DNA of 64,000 bases from Candidatus Hodarchaeaceae archaeon (GCA_030016755.1 JASEJC010000001.1:4883-68882), one strand, 5' to 3'; counted from the first letter of the stretch, positions 45,384-55,461 are shown. Numbers and translations: made by a program. Notes: generated by a model from the letters alone, not told the origin.

Positions 45384-46764
45384 AGCTGTGAAGAGCCGCG
45401 AGTACCTGACCGTCGCAGAGGTTTCGGGGCCGCTCATGATCGTCGAGGGCGTCAGCGGCGTGGCCTACGGGGAGGTGGTGGAGGTCATCACGCCGGACGG
45501 GGAGGTCAAGCACGGGCAGGTGCTGGATGCCTACGAGGACCGCGCAGTGGTACAGGTCTACGAGGGCACGAGGGGAATTGACACCTTCAAGACTCGGGTC
45601 AGGTTCACTGGGGAGACGATCAAGTTCGGCGTCGGGCTTGAGCTGCTCGGGAGGATATTCAGCGGGCGGGGGGCGCCTATAGATGGCGGCCCAAAGCCGA
45701 TTTTCGAGGACGAGTGGGATGTACATGGGGCCCCGATAAACCCGGCCGCGCGCGAGTACCCGAGCGAGTTCATCCAGACAGGCATTTCGGTCATCGACGG
45801 CATGAACACCCTCGTGCGGGGCCAAAAGTTACCCATCTTCTCGGGCGCGGGGCTGCCGCACAACGAGCTCGCCGCCCAAATCGCCAGACAAGCCAAGGTT
45901 TTAGGCGAGGAGGAAAAGTTCGCCGTAGTGTTTTGCGGGATGGGGATAACGCATGAAGAGGCGGCGTTTTTCATTAAGGATTTCGAGCAAACCGGTGCAC
46001 TCGAGCGCGCGGCGGTTTTTCTAAACTTGGCTAACGACCCTGCCATCGAGCGCATCCTGACCCCGAGGCTAGCCCTGACCGCTGCCGAGTACTTCGCGTT
46101 CACTCAGGGGATGCATGTGCTGGTGATCCTCACGGACTTGACCAACTACTGCGAGGCCCTCCGGGAGATTTCGGCGGCGCGCAGCGAGGTCCCTGGCAGG
46201 CGTGGGTACCCCGGCTATCTTTACACAGATCTTGCGACTATGTATGAACGCGCTGGTAGGATAAAGGGCAAAAAGGGCTCGGTTACTCAGATGCCAATCC
46301 TGACCATGCCCGGCGACGATATCACTCACCCGATTCCTGATCTAACAGGCTATATCACGGAAGGACAGCTTTGTATGGACCGTGAGCTCCACCGGAAGGG
46401 GGTCTACCCTCCGATCAACCCTCTGCCATCGCTCTCTAGGCTGATGAAGGATGGGATAGGCCCAGGCCGCACGCGGGAGGATCACATGGACAACTCGAAC
46501 CAGCTCTACGCGGCCTACGCTGAGGGGAAGGACCTCCGGGCGCTCGTGGCAGTCGTTGGGGGAGAGGCGCTCACCGAGAGGGACCGGCGCTACCTCGACT
46601 TCGCTGACCGCTTCGAGCAGGAGTTCATAAACCAGGGGCGGGACGAGGACCGGTCAATCGAGACCACCCTTGACCTAGGGTGGGAACTCCTGCGCACGCT
46701 TCCGGAGGCCGAGCTCAAGCGCATCGATCCAAAATTCATAGAGAAGTACCTGCGCCCGAAGTAG
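45373..46764 (+). CDS. atpB: A-type ATP synthase subunit B
   Basis: [19 protein letters not shown], degenerate P-loop SGAGLPHNE and [18 protein letters not shown] start overlaps the atpA stop. Confidence 0.95.
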   Translation: MKGEAVKSREYLTVAEVSGPLMIVEGVSGVAYGEVVEVITPDGEVKHGQVLDAYEDRAVVQVYEGTRGIDTFKTRVRFTGETIKFGVGLELLGRIFSGRGAPIDGGPKPIFEDEWDVHGAPINPAAREYPSEFIQTGISVIDGMNTLVRGQKLPIFSGAGLPHNELAAQIARQAKVLGEEEKFAVVFCGMGITHEEAAFFIKDFEQTGALERAAVFLNLANDPAIERILTPRLALTAAEYFAFTQGMHVLVILTDLTNYCEALREISAARSEVPGRRGYPGYLYTDLATMYERAGRIKGKKGSVTQMPILTMPGDDITHPIPDLTGYITEGQLCMDRELHRKGVYPPINPLPSLSRLMKDGIGPGRTREDHMDNSNQLYAAYAEGKDLRALVAVVGGEALTERDRRYLDFADRFEQEFINQGRDEDRSIETTLDLGWELLRTLPEAELKRIDPKFIEKYLRPK

Positions 46765-46793
46765 CTGGAGTTGGAGGTGGTGGTCTGGAGGAG

Positions 46794-46979
46794 GTGCTGA
46801 TAAGCGAGCGCAAAAAGGTGGTGGTGCAGAAGAGCAGGTTCAGAGGCGTTGACACGCTGGATATCAGGACGTGGATAGAGACGCCGGAGTACAAGGGATT
46901 CACGAGGAAAGGCGTCAACATCCCGATCGAGAAGGGGGAGGAGCTGGCCAAGAAAATCCTGAAAGTGGTCAAAGAATGA
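46794..46979 (+). CDS. PC4/p15-like single-stranded-DNA-binding protein
   Basis: ISERKKVVVQKSRFRGVDTLDIRTWIETPEYKGFTRKGVNIPIEKGEEL parallels the PC4 core (..VSVRDFKGKVLIDIREYW....GRKGISL). The start codon is uncertain (GTG 46794 assumed). Confidence 0.6.
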   Translation: MLISERKKVVVQKSRFRGVDTLDIRTWIETPEYKGFTRKGVNIPIEKGEELAKKILKVVKE

Positions 46980-47166
46980 GATCGGTTGCGCTCGGAACTC
47001 AAAATCTTCATCACAAATCAGATTAGCCAGGCTCCTCATCGCGCGTGATAAATTTTCAACTAGGAGGCTTAAAGTTGCGGGTCGATGAAAGGATTACCCC
47101 GCGTTAATGTTAATACGCCCCGCGCATCAGTTCAATGCTGAAACGAGCGAGGATTGGGATGATAGG

Positions 47167-48282
47167 ATGCCAAGGTTTGTCGTCACTCCTTGGGAGGTTA
47201 AGGGAAAAGTCGACTATGACAAACTCGTCAAGCAGTTTGGAACCAAGCTGATAGACCACGCGCTCCTCAAAAGACTGGAGAAGCATGCTGGAAAACTTCA
47301 CATGTTTTTAGAGCGCGGGATTTTCTTCTCCCACCGCGATTTCGACTGGATTTTAAACAAGTATGAGGAAGGGGAAAAATTCTTTCTCTACACCGGGCGG
47401 GGACCTTCGGGCCACACCCACGTTGGACACCTCATCCCGTGGATATTTACTAAGTACCTGCAAGACGCGTTCGACGCCGAGCTCTACTTCCAAATGACCG
47501 ATGACGAGAAATTCCTTTTCAGGCGGGATCTCGACTTGGACGACGCGATTGGGTTTACCTACGAAAACGCTTTAGATGTGATTGCATGTGGCTTCGATCC
47601 CAAGAAAACGTTCATTTTTTCTGATGTGGAATACGCAAAAACACTGTACAAGACCGCGATTCAAGTTGCCAAACACACCACTTTCTCGACCGTGAAAGCG
47701 GTTTTCGGATTCAAAGGAAGTAGCAACATCGGCATCATATTCTTCCCGGCCATGCAGGCGGCGCCATGCTTCTTCCCGTCTGTGTTGAAGGGCAAAAACA
47801 TCCCCTGTTTGATTCCAGCGGCCATAGACCAGGACCCCTACTGGCGACCGAGCAGAGACGTCGCGCCAAAACTTGGGTTCTACAAGCCGGCGCAACTGCA
47901 CTGTAAATTCATCCCTGGTTTGGGCAAAGGCGGGAAGATGAGCGCGAGCCAGCCAGAAACATGCATATTCACAACCGACGCACCAGAGGCGGCTGCGAAG
48001 AAAATTATGAACGCGTTCACAGGGGGGAGGGGGACGGTCAAGGAGCAGCGGGAGAAGGGCGGCAATCCAGATATTTGCTCCGTCTACCAATACTTCTACT
48101 TCCTTTTCGAAGAGAGCGACAAAAAATTGGGGGAAATCTACCGCACGTGCAAAAATGGTGAACTGATCTGCGGCGACTGCAAGAAAATGCTGGCCGAAAA
48201 GGTCAAGAAATTTTTAGTCGATCATCAGCGCAAGAGAGAAAAGGCGAAGAACGTCATCCAGGAATTCATGCTCAAAGATTAA
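47167..48282 (+). CDS. trpS: Tryptophan--tRNA ligase (archaeal/eukaryotic type)
   Basis: VTPWEVKGKVDYDKLVKQFG, HIGH-type GHTHVGHLIPW, KMSAS. The start was set at MPRFVV (47167). Confidence 0.9.
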   Translation: MPRFVVTPWEVKGKVDYDKLVKQFGTKLIDHALLKRLEKHAGKLHMFLERGIFFSHRDFDWILNKYEEGEKFFLYTGRGPSGHTHVGHLIPWIFTKYLQDAFDAELYFQMTDDEKFLFRRDLDLDDAIGFTYENALDVIACGFDPKKTFIFSDVEYAKTLYKTAIQVAKHTTFSTVKAVFGFKGSSNIGIIFFPAMQAAPCFFPSVLKGKNIPCLIPAAIDQDPYWRPSRDVAPKLGFYKPAQLHCKFIPGLGKGGKMSASQPETCIFTTDAPEAAAKKIMNAFTGGRGTVKEQREKGGNPDICSVYQYFYFLFEESDKKLGEIYRTCKNGELICGDCKKMLAEKVKKFLVDHQRKREKAKNVIQEFMLKD

Positions 48283-48283
48283 T

Positions 48284-48826
48284 TTATGGTCTCTCGCGAG
48301 TCAGCGCGTAGTAGGTAACGTCTCCCTCGTCATCCACGATTGCCCACAAAATTTTCTTCCTCACGCTGTGGGCGAGCCGCACAGCCCGCGCGAGTTCGGT
48401 GGGCGTGAGCTTCACCCCCTCTGGCACCGCCTGAACCAAAAACTTGGAATGCGCTTCCCCTGGTTTGTCCCCGCGCTCGTACACCCGGAAGTGAGCCCCG
48501 AACTTCAGACCCGTCTTGATTATGTACCCTCGCGAGCGGAGGTCGGCGTAAACCGCGTACTTGAGCATGGCCTCGGGGTCTGCCTCGGTGAACTTCTCCA
48601 AGAGGTCTTTGAACTTCAGCTTCTTTCCTTCCTCGTCGACCACGCGGAGCTTCCCGCCCTCAAGCAGGTAGAAGGCCTCGGCGGGCGCAAGCTGGAGCTT
48701 CCCCCCCGCCAGCGGCTTTCCGTAAGAGCCCCGCTGGTAGAGCTGGTTCGCCTGCGCCTCGTCCCAGACTATTATTTTGCCTTTGTACAACTGGGCCTCT
48801 ACAACTGGGATTTCGGCTTCTTCCAT
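48284..48826 (-). CDS. endA: tRNA-splicing endonuclease EndA (short, ~180-aa subunit)
   Basis: YADLRSRGYIIKTGLKFGAHFRVYERG...HSKFLV contains the catalytic Tyr/His/Lys context. Confidence 0.85.
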   Translation of the reverse strand: MEEAEIPVVEAQLYKGKIIVWDEAQANQLYQRGSYGKPLAGGKLQLAPAEAFYLLEGGKLRVVDEEGKKLKFKDLLEKFTEADPEAMLKYAVYADLRSRGYIIKTGLKFGAHFRVYERGDKPGEAHSKFLVQAVPEGVKLTPTELARAVRLAHSVRKKILWAIVDDEGDVTYYALTRERP

Positions 48827-48982
48827 GCCGTCCCCCTTACACCTATTCAAGCGCGGTTAAGAAGGTTGCTTTTCCGTGGTTGGATAAACGGGGGTGTTGG
48901 TTGAAGAACTGTATATCTCTATAAATAAGGGTGTTTACAAGCCCAAGTGACCTTCGGAGCGTATCTAACCATCGATCTTAAA

Positions 48983-50506
48983 TTATGCTGCCGCCTTCAG
49001 TTCGACGGGGACTCGGGGTTGCTCGCCCCTGACTTTCATCTTGAGCTCCCGCCAGTACCGCACGTTGTGGATGCATCCAGGGTCGGGAGCCTGCACGTCC
49101 CCGTAGTAGGCGTACGCGCGGGCCCTGCACCCGCCGCAGATGTAGCGGTGCTCGCACGCGCCGCAACCCTCTAATGCGTCCCGGTCCCTGAGCTTCCAGA
49201 GGACCTCGGAGGAATGCCAGACATCGCGCAAGCGGTCCCTCCTGATGTTGCCGAGCTTGATAGGCATGAACACGCAGGGGGTGATGTCGCCGTTGGGCTC
49301 AAGACCGCAGTAGAGCCTCCCCGCCCCACACCCTCCCAAGAAATCCGCAAGGCTTTTCGTTCGGCCCTGTAAGGCCCGCATCGCCCCCTCAGAGGTGAAG
49401 TGGGTCGAGACTATCCCACTGGCGCTGTAAGTCCCGTACGCGAACTCCCAGGAGACCATCGAGTACTGGGGCGCGGTGGAGTAGCAGATCAGCTTGCAAT
49501 TGCTGTCTATCATTCGTGTGTAGAGGTACTTGAGCAGCTCGTGTCGCTCCTGCGGGCTCGGGTCTTGGTCAATAATGTCCTTGCCCCGCCCCACGGGAAC
49601 GTAATTAAACATTATGACGCGTTTGACCCCAAGCTCCTGTTCTGCGAAGTCGACAAGCTTGGGGATTTCGTGGAGGTTGTAACGGGTTGCAGTTAGTGCC
49701 ACGCAAGTATCGATGCCCTCGGCGACGCTATTTTTGATGCCCTCGCAGGTGCGCTTCCACGCCCCCGGGACGCCCCTGAATTTATCGTGCGCCTCCTCGA
49801 ACCCATCGAGGGAGATCTCCGCGTAGCCGAAAACATCTTTCATCTTCCTCGCGACCTCCCGCGTGATCACGGTACCGTTCGTGGCAACGGAGGTGAAAAA
49901 TCCCTTGTTTCTAGCATAACCAGCAACTTCGAAGATGTCCTTCCTCAGCAGCGGTTCACCGCCTGAAAATGCTATCGCCACGACACCGGCATCCTCGAAC
50001 TCATCAATGACCCGCTTCGCCTCCTCCGTCGTCAGCTCGTCCTTCATCGCCTCAGGCCCCGCACCCTCGTAGCAGTGCTCGCACCGTAGGTTGCAAAGCT
50101 TGGTGTAGTTCCACACGACCAAAAAAGGGGCCACCGAGGTGAAGGGCCTGCGGGCGCCGTAGCGGGCGATGCCCTCGAGCACGTTAACCATGCCGCGCCG
50201 GATGACGGGGTCCTTCAGGTGCTCCTTCAGATTTTCGCCCGAGTAGCCGAAGACGTTGCTCCCGTGACCCATAACGAGCTTAACCACGAAGGACGCCAGC
50301 CTATCCTGGAAGTCAACGGGGATGTCTTCGCCGATATATCTACGAATGGCAATGTCCAGTCGGTTGCCACCGCGTTTGCTCCGCCCGCAGACAAATCTGA
50401 GCAAGATTTTGGAGATGGGGTTTCCGAGCCACCGCTGCACAGACTTAACTACTACCTCCTCCTTTCCGGGGGCGGCTTTTTCTTTGGATATTGATGCCAC
50501 GGGCAT
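48983..50506 (-). CDS. Radical SAM enzyme with a C-terminal SPASM-like Cys-rich domain and a ~130-aa N-terminal extension
   Basis: CNLRCEHCY is the CxxxCxxC motif, with GGEPLL. The C-terminal part has GGCGAG...C...CGACEHRYICGGCRARA. Confidence 0.85.
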   Translation of the reverse strand: MPVASISKEKAAPGKEEVVVKSVQRWLGNPISKILLRFVCGRSKRGGNRLDIAIRRYIGEDIPVDFQDRLASFVVKLVMGHGSNVFGYSGENLKEHLKDPVIRRGMVNVLEGIARYGARRPFTSVAPFLVVWNYTKLCNLRCEHCYEGAGPEAMKDELTTEEAKRVIDEFEDAGVVAIAFSGGEPLLRKDIFEVAGYARNKGFFTSVATNGTVITREVARKMKDVFGYAEISLDGFEEAHDKFRGVPGAWKRTCEGIKNSVAEGIDTCVALTATRYNLHEIPKLVDFAEQELGVKRVIMFNYVPVGRGKDIIDQDPSPQERHELLKYLYTRMIDSNCKLICYSTAPQYSMVSWEFAYGTYSASGIVSTHFTSEGAMRALQGRTKSLADFLGGCGAGRLYCGLEPNGDITPCVFMPIKLGNIRRDRLRDVWHSSEVLWKLRDRDALEGCGACEHRYICGGCRARAYAYYGDVQAPDPGCIHNVRYWRELKMKVRGEQPRVPVELKAAA

Positions 50507-50809
50507 CGCCCACGAAAATTCTCTTTCTACCGTATGGCCTGCCTTTCTTATAAAGGCACCCGCGTGGTCAAAAACCGCCTAAAACGCTACCTATAAATAA
50601 GCACGCCGATATATTAACTGTCGAAGCCGGTATCGGCAATCGCGCTAATACCGGGCGGCGCAGCTGAGACGATGACGAGAGTTTGATGCTGAGGGGATGT
50701 GGCTTTTTCCCGATACCGCTTGGAGCTGTGGCGGGTAGAATGGTCACCTCCACCTTAGTCGGTGCGGCTGGCCGCCTGGTATTAAGGATTTATTGATTTT
50801 TGAATTTGG

Positions 50810-50902
50810 TGGTGGGGTCGCCGAGATTCGAACTCGGGTCACTGGCTTTTTCGCCCGAGGGCCCCGAAGCCAATAGGATAGACCAGGCTACCCCACGACC
50901 CC
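50810..50902 (-). tRNA. tRNA-Pro(CGG) with a 15-nt canonical (37/38) intron and an encoded CCA
   Basis: Hand-folded. Acceptor GGGGTCG/CGACCCC, anticodon stem TTGGC/GCCAG, loop TTCGGG-[GCCCTCGGGCGAAAA]-A. T arm CCGAG-TTCGAAT-CTCGG, then ACCA. Confidence 0.85.
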
Positions 50903-50953
50903 GACAAGATTATGCCAACTTGAGTAAAAAAAAGCTTTGAACGGTTGCAGCTT

Positions 50954-52144
50954 TTATTTACCTCTCTCAAGGAGTTTCTCAACTTCTCGTTCAATCCACT
51001 CCGCTGGGGCCTCCTGGATGCTGACCTTGAGGCTATGCCCACGGTGCCCGGGCCCCGATGGCTGGAGGTCCACCAAGCCGAGTCCATCCAACCGTTTTAG
51101 GTGATCCCAGAACTGAGTGTGCGCGAAGGGCTCCTCCCCGTACTCCTCGCAGACCACGCGGTAGCTCTTCTCGATATCCCCAGTCATCGCGTACGCGCGC
51201 TTGGAAACCCTCAGCCTGCGCGCCGCGGCAAGGAGCACAAGCTTCTCATGGAGCTGCAAGTCACGCAGGACTTCCCGCTTGACCTCCGGGTAGACCTCCG
51301 CCTTGGCCTGACGTGCGTGCTCAGGCATCACCACATCCTTTCCCTCACCATCCGCAATCGTCCCCGCCCTCCAGAGCAGCTCTAGGGCGAGACGTGCATC
51401 CCCCCACCGCGAGGCGATATCCGCGATCAACTCGACCGTCTCCTCCTCGACCGCCCCTGTCTTGAAGGCCTCCCCAACCCGTTGCCTCAGGATGTCCGCG
51501 AGCTGCGGCGCGGTGTAGCAATCGAGGGGTAACACATTGTGCATGAAAGTGCTCTGGGTCGCAGCGTCCAGGGCCCGCAGAAAACTTTTGTCCCGCGCGA
51601 TCGCGACAATACTTATCCGGTTCGGGCCGCCTGTTTCCTCGGCCGCACGCGTTAGCGAGTACACTAGGTCGGGGCCGTTCAGCTGGACAAAGTAATCGAG
51701 TTCGTCCAAGGTGAGCACGAGATACGCATCGTGGGCCCCAAGGTAGGTGACGGCTGTATCGAGGAGCTTCTCGGGGCCAAGCCCGTGGTAGGGCCAGCGC
51801 GGGTTGAGGTACTGATAGATTTTCGCTAGGACGGAGTACGGCGTCTTGTCCTTGCGACAGTTAACATGGAGGTACCTTATGTCGAGTTTCCTCCCCTTTG
51901 CCGTCGCCTCAAGCACCGCCCCGAACCTCCTGGCCAAAACAGTTTTCCCAACCCCCGTGCTGCCGGTGATCAGCACGCGCTGGCTCGCTTGGCTTTCGAT
52001 AACAGGTTTGAAGATTTGGGTCAACTTGCGGAACTCCTCATCGCGGTGTACCAGCACCTCGGGGACATAATCAGGAGAAAGCTTGCTAGCGTCGCGAAAA
52101 ACCGATTCGCGCTCGAGCTCTTCCTCAAAAATCCTCTCCGACAT
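50954..52144 (-). CDS. cdc6: Orc1/Cdc6 replication initiator
   Basis: LSPDYVPEVLVHRDEEF, Walker A GSTGVGKT, Walker B LVLTLDELD, and a C-terminal winged helix. The start was set at MSERIF (52144). Confidence 0.92.
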   Translation of the reverse strand: MSERIFEEELERESVFRDASKLSPDYVPEVLVHRDEEFRKLTQIFKPVIESQASQRVLITGSTGVGKTVLARRFGAVLEATAKGRKLDIRYLHVNCRKDKTPYSVLAKIYQYLNPRWPYHGLGPEKLLDTAVTYLGAHDAYLVLTLDELDYFVQLNGPDLVYSLTRAAEETGGPNRISIVAIARDKSFLRALDAATQSTFMHNVLPLDCYTAPQLADILRQRVGEAFKTGAVEEETVELIADIASRWGDARLALELLWRAGTIADGEGKDVVMPEHARQAKAEVYPEVKREVLRDLQLHEKLVLLAAARRLRVSKRAYAMTGDIEKSYRVVCEEYGEEPFAHTQFWDHLKRLDGLGLVDLQPSGPGHRGHSLKVSIQEAPAEWIEREVEKLLERGK

Positions 52145-52185
52145 GGGTGTCCCTGCTGAAGTTATCTCGCTCAAACATAATAATT

Positions 52186-53655
52186 CTACGCCAGCACCAA
52201 AAGATATATCACGACCAACATCGCCGCGGTTACGATTGAAAATACCCAAACCGCCTGAGACCAACTCCACCCTTTTCGGTAGTGTAAAAAGGAGCCCGCC
52301 GCAATCGAAAGTACTACCACCCCGGTGCCTAGGGTTGCAAATGCTGCCAACAGGAGCGGGTACTCGTAAGCTAGGCGCAGCGCTTCCAGATCCTGCCCAG
52401 CCAGCCAGCGGACGAGCTGGACCCCGAAGGATGCTGTCTGCTCCAGCCTCACATTATCTACCGCGTCAAGGTTGTCGCCCAACGTGTGGATTGGCCAGAT
52501 GACCTTGCCGCTCTTCGGATTCGCCCAGAAGATCCAAGTTGCTGGCACCCCAGCTCTCGTGAAACTCACGTGATCGCTGTAGCCCCCTATTGCGCTCAAA
52601 TGCTCGGATTTCACGTAGAAGCCGAGGTTTCGCGCCAAATCTTGAATGAAAAAGTCGAGCCATTCGGTCGTCGCGTAGCTACCAGAGTCCAATAGTCCAA
52701 CCCGCAGCCCATTTTCCGGCCCCGCCGCAATCGAGCCGAATATTATTGCGGCGACTATTTTGTTCTCGGCATGCTCGCGCATGAACGCCGCGCTCCCCAG
52801 CAGGCCGAGTTCCTCGCTGCCAAAAGTCGCAAACAGTATCGTGCGAGGGAGATTCTCCGTCGACAGCGCCCGCGCAATCTCGAGCACGACTGCCACCCCG
52901 GACGCACCATCGACCGCACCCGGGGTCATGACAGAGTCGTGATGAGCACCCACTACTATTATTTCGTCGCTTCGGCCGCGCAAAAGCGCCAAAACATTCT
53001 GAGATATCAAATTTTCAGCTCTTGCCTTGAACTGTAGTTCGACCTCAACGTTTTCTTGCTTTAAAAGTTCTATTAGGCGCTCGGCATCCCAGCTGGATAT
53101 CCAGAGCAGGGGTACCTTCAGTTGGATTGTCCAAGGTGGCTCAAAGTATGCCGGCCATTTGTCGTAATATGTCAGGATAGCTAGAGGTAGTTCCTCCCCC
53201 ATCCCTCCGACGAACGGCTCCAGCTTCCCCCTATCGATCAGGACGAAGTGTTTCTGCAACTGTTCGTAATTCTCTGGCAACTCGACTGCGCGCGCGAGCT
53301 TCCCGGCCACATTCTCCGCGGAAGGGGAGTAAAGGATCGGCACGAATTTTAATTCAAACTGCTCAGGAGATATAACACGGAGTCGATTTTCTTCGATTAA
53401 ATAAGAGTTCTGGACAGCGAAATTTTCACTCCACGCTTCTAGCCCATACCTCCGGAACTCGTTCTCGATGTAGCTCGCGGCTATGGCCTCGGCCTCGGTG
53501 CCGGCGAAGCGTGGGGCGATGCTCACCAGATACTCCACGTGTGTGTACGCTCTGTTCTCGGTGTTCCCAAGCTGCTGTCCTCCAACCAATCCCGCTGAAA
53601 ACAATGACGCTGCAAATGCCAATCCAGCTACTAGGGATAGTAGTCTTGTCCGCAA
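52186..53655 (-). CDS. M28-family zinc aminopeptidase with a signal peptide, a PA-like insert and C-terminal TM helices
   Basis: VVGAHHDS, DGASGVAVVLEIA and FGSEELGLLGS are the metal-ligand motifs. Confidence 0.8.
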   Translation of the reverse strand: MRTRLLSLVAGLAFAASLFSAGLVGGQQLGNTENRAYTHVEYLVSIAPRFAGTEAEAIAASYIENEFRRYGLEAWSENFAVQNSYLIEENRLRVISPEQFELKFVPILYSPSAENVAGKLARAVELPENYEQLQKHFVLIDRGKLEPFVGGMGEELPLAILTYYDKWPAYFEPPWTIQLKVPLLWISSWDAERLIELLKQENVEVELQFKARAENLISQNVLALLRGRSDEIIVVGAHHDSVMTPGAVDGASGVAVVLEIARALSTENLPRTILFATFGSEELGLLGSAAFMREHAENKIVAAIIFGSIAAGPENGLRVGLLDSGSYATTEWLDFFIQDLARNLGFYVKSEHLSAIGGYSDHVSFTRAGVPATWIFWANPKSGKVIWPIHTLGDNLDAVDNVRLEQTASFGVQLVRWLAGQDLEALRLAYEYPLLLAAFATLGTGVVVLSIAAGSFLHYRKGWSWSQAVWVFSIVTAAMLVVIYLLVLA

Positions 53656-53666
53656 GATATTCCCCG

Positions 53667-54893
53667 TTACTTCTTTTCGGGTGGCGCCCCTTTGAAAGCG
53701 AGCTTGACGAGCGCAGGGGTGATTAGCGATGTCACGAGCACGACCATGACCGCCATCGACAACAGCTCTGCCCCAATGACTCCTGTACTGGCACCCATCG
53801 CCGCTATGACAAGCGCTATCTCGGCGCGGGGCATCATCCCAACTCCCACGCGAAGTGAATCCTTAACACCGAACCCGCTCGCCAACGCCCCTATCCCGCA
53901 GCCCGCCACCTTGTCGAACATTGCAATGATGGCTAGAGCAACGGCTAAGGAACATGCGCCCGTGAGGGCCCCGAGGTCTGTGCGTGCGCCCATCACAACG
54001 AAGAAAATCGGGATGAAGAGCCCATACCCTACCGTCGAGACCTTTGCCCTCAGGGATTCGGCCACGGGGGACCTGCTCATAACCAACCCGGCCACGAAAG
54101 CCCCCGTCAGCGCGGCAATCCTTATCCTCTCAGCGAGCGCCCCGATCAGGAAGACCACCGCCAGCGCTATTGACAAGGTTACCTCCTCCACCCGCAACCT
54201 GCCCACGAATGTCAGTAGGCGAGGCATAGTCTTGAAGCCTATGAAGAGCACCACTATGAAGAAGAGGGCAATCAGTGCAATGTTTTCTGCGAGCCCGAGG
54301 GAGGTGAGCCCCCCAAACGCCAGCCCCCCCAGCACGCCGAGGATAACGATAGCTATCACGTCATCGATGACCGCCGCTCCGAGAATCGTCATCCCAACGC
54401 GCGTATGGAGGCTGTGCACATCCATAAGCGTTCGGACGGTGATTCCCACGCTGGTCGCGGCCAAGATCGCCCCCACAAAGGCTGCCTCTAGCGGGGCCCA
54501 GTTTAACAGGGAAGCGACGCCGAACCCTAGCAGGAATGCGGTTATAACTCCTGTCACGGCAACTATTGCTGCGGGTTTTCCAGACTTCTTGAACTCTTCC
54601 ACATCTATCGAAAGCCCAGCCAGAAATAATAGGAGGATTATCCCGATCTGCGCGAGCACGTCCATAAATACCCCGGCTTCCGAGGAGAGGTTGATGAAGA
54701 GCGCGGTTCCGAACAGCCTCTGCGACAACCATCCCGCTACAGACGGGCCGATCATGATTCCGGCAACTAGCTCCCCGAGCACCCCCGGCTGTCTGATCTT
54801 CGCCGCAAGCACCCCACCCAATTTTGCGGCTATGAGGATGATGCCCAGGTATAGAAGTACCGATGGGAGCACTTGCGAAATCTCGACTGCCAT
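53667..54893 (-). CDS. Cation:proton antiporter (CPA2, Kef/NapA-like)
   Basis: 408 aa, about 12-13 TM helices, GELVAGIMIGPS near the N-terminus. Confidence 0.85.
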   Translation of the reverse strand: MAVEISQVLPSVLLYLGIILIAAKLGGVLAAKIRQPGVLGELVAGIMIGPSVAGWLSQRLFGTALFINLSSEAGVFMDVLAQIGIILLLFLAGLSIDVEEFKKSGKPAAIVAVTGVITAFLLGFGVASLLNWAPLEAAFVGAILAATSVGITVRTLMDVHSLHTRVGMTILGAAVIDDVIAIVILGVLGGLAFGGLTSLGLAENIALIALFFIVVLFIGFKTMPRLLTFVGRLRVEEVTLSIALAVVFLIGALAERIRIAALTGAFVAGLVMSRSPVAESLRAKVSTVGYGLFIPIFFVVMGARTDLGALTGACSLAVALAIIAMFDKVAGCGIGALASGFGVKDSLRVGVGMMPRAEIALVIAAMGASTGVIGAELLSMAVMVVLVTSLITPALVKLAFKGAPPEKK

Positions 54894-54902
54894 GTCCCGC
54901 GC

Positions 54903-55391
54903 CTACCTCAGAACCCGATAAAGTTCGATGATGTCCCTTAGGGAGACGAGCCCGACAAGCTTCTCGCCCTCGACGACAGGGAGGCGGCGGAGCTTGTGCG
55001 CGACCATCAGGTTCAGGGCCTCGGCGACCGTCATCTCGGGCGTCACCGCGACTGGGCGCTTCGTCATAATCTCGCCGACGGTGCTCGCAGCGCTTTTCAT
55101 GGCCTGCCTAAACACAGAGCCGACCGTCGCTTGCGGGATCGGGGGGTGAAGCACCTGAAGCACATCGCTCTCGGTGACTATGCCGAGAAGCTTCTGATCC
55201 TTGTTGACCACCGGGAAGCAGGCCTCAATCTGCCCCATCATGCGCTCCAGCAGGCCGTCGATCGAAGTTTCTGGGCGGACGGTCCTAGGCCTGCGGTTCA
55301 TTATTTCCTTCACCCTCTTCTCGCTCAACCTGCGGGTAGGGATGGGCCCTGATGGCGTAGGTTCCTTTTTCTCTCCGTTCACGCTCGACAC
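54903..55391 (-). CDS. CBS-domain pair protein
   Basis: Two CBS repeats (FPVVNKDQKLLGIVTESD and LPVVEGEKLVGLVSLRD). Confidence 0.8.
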   Translation of the reverse strand: MSSVNGEKKEPTPSGPIPTRRLSEKRVKEIMNRRPRTVRPETSIDGLLERMMGQIEACFPVVNKDQKLLGIVTESDVLQVLHPPIPQATVGSVFRQAMKSAASTVGEIMTKRPVAVTPEMTVAEALNLMVAHKLRRLPVVEGEKLVGLVSLRDIIELYRVLR

Positions 55392-55461
55392 CGTATCAAG
55401 CTGGTGTGCGGACTTAAAACGTTTAGCAGTCCCCTAACACCTCTGATAACACGATTGATAC

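Noticed and set aside
50655-50705. C/D-box sRNA-like motifs (GATGACGA ... CTGA) in the radical-SAM/tRNA-Pro spacer
   Set aside because: The C box is imperfect and I found no C'/D box pair at the required spacing. The region is therefore reported only as a generic ncRNA candidate.
50568-50753. 61-aa minus-strand ORF in the radical-SAM/tRNA-Pro spacer
   Set aside because: There is no SD or promoter logic and the composition is odd (Pro/Ser/Leu-rich). It overlaps the structured region that is better explained as non-coding.
53692-54921. 409-aa plus-strand ORF covering the entire cation:proton antiporter gene
   Set aside because: It is antisense to a gene with a clear 12-13-TM transporter signature. 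Its translation is Ser/Thr/Ala/Pro-rich low-complexity sequence, typical of shadow ORFs in GC-rich DNA.
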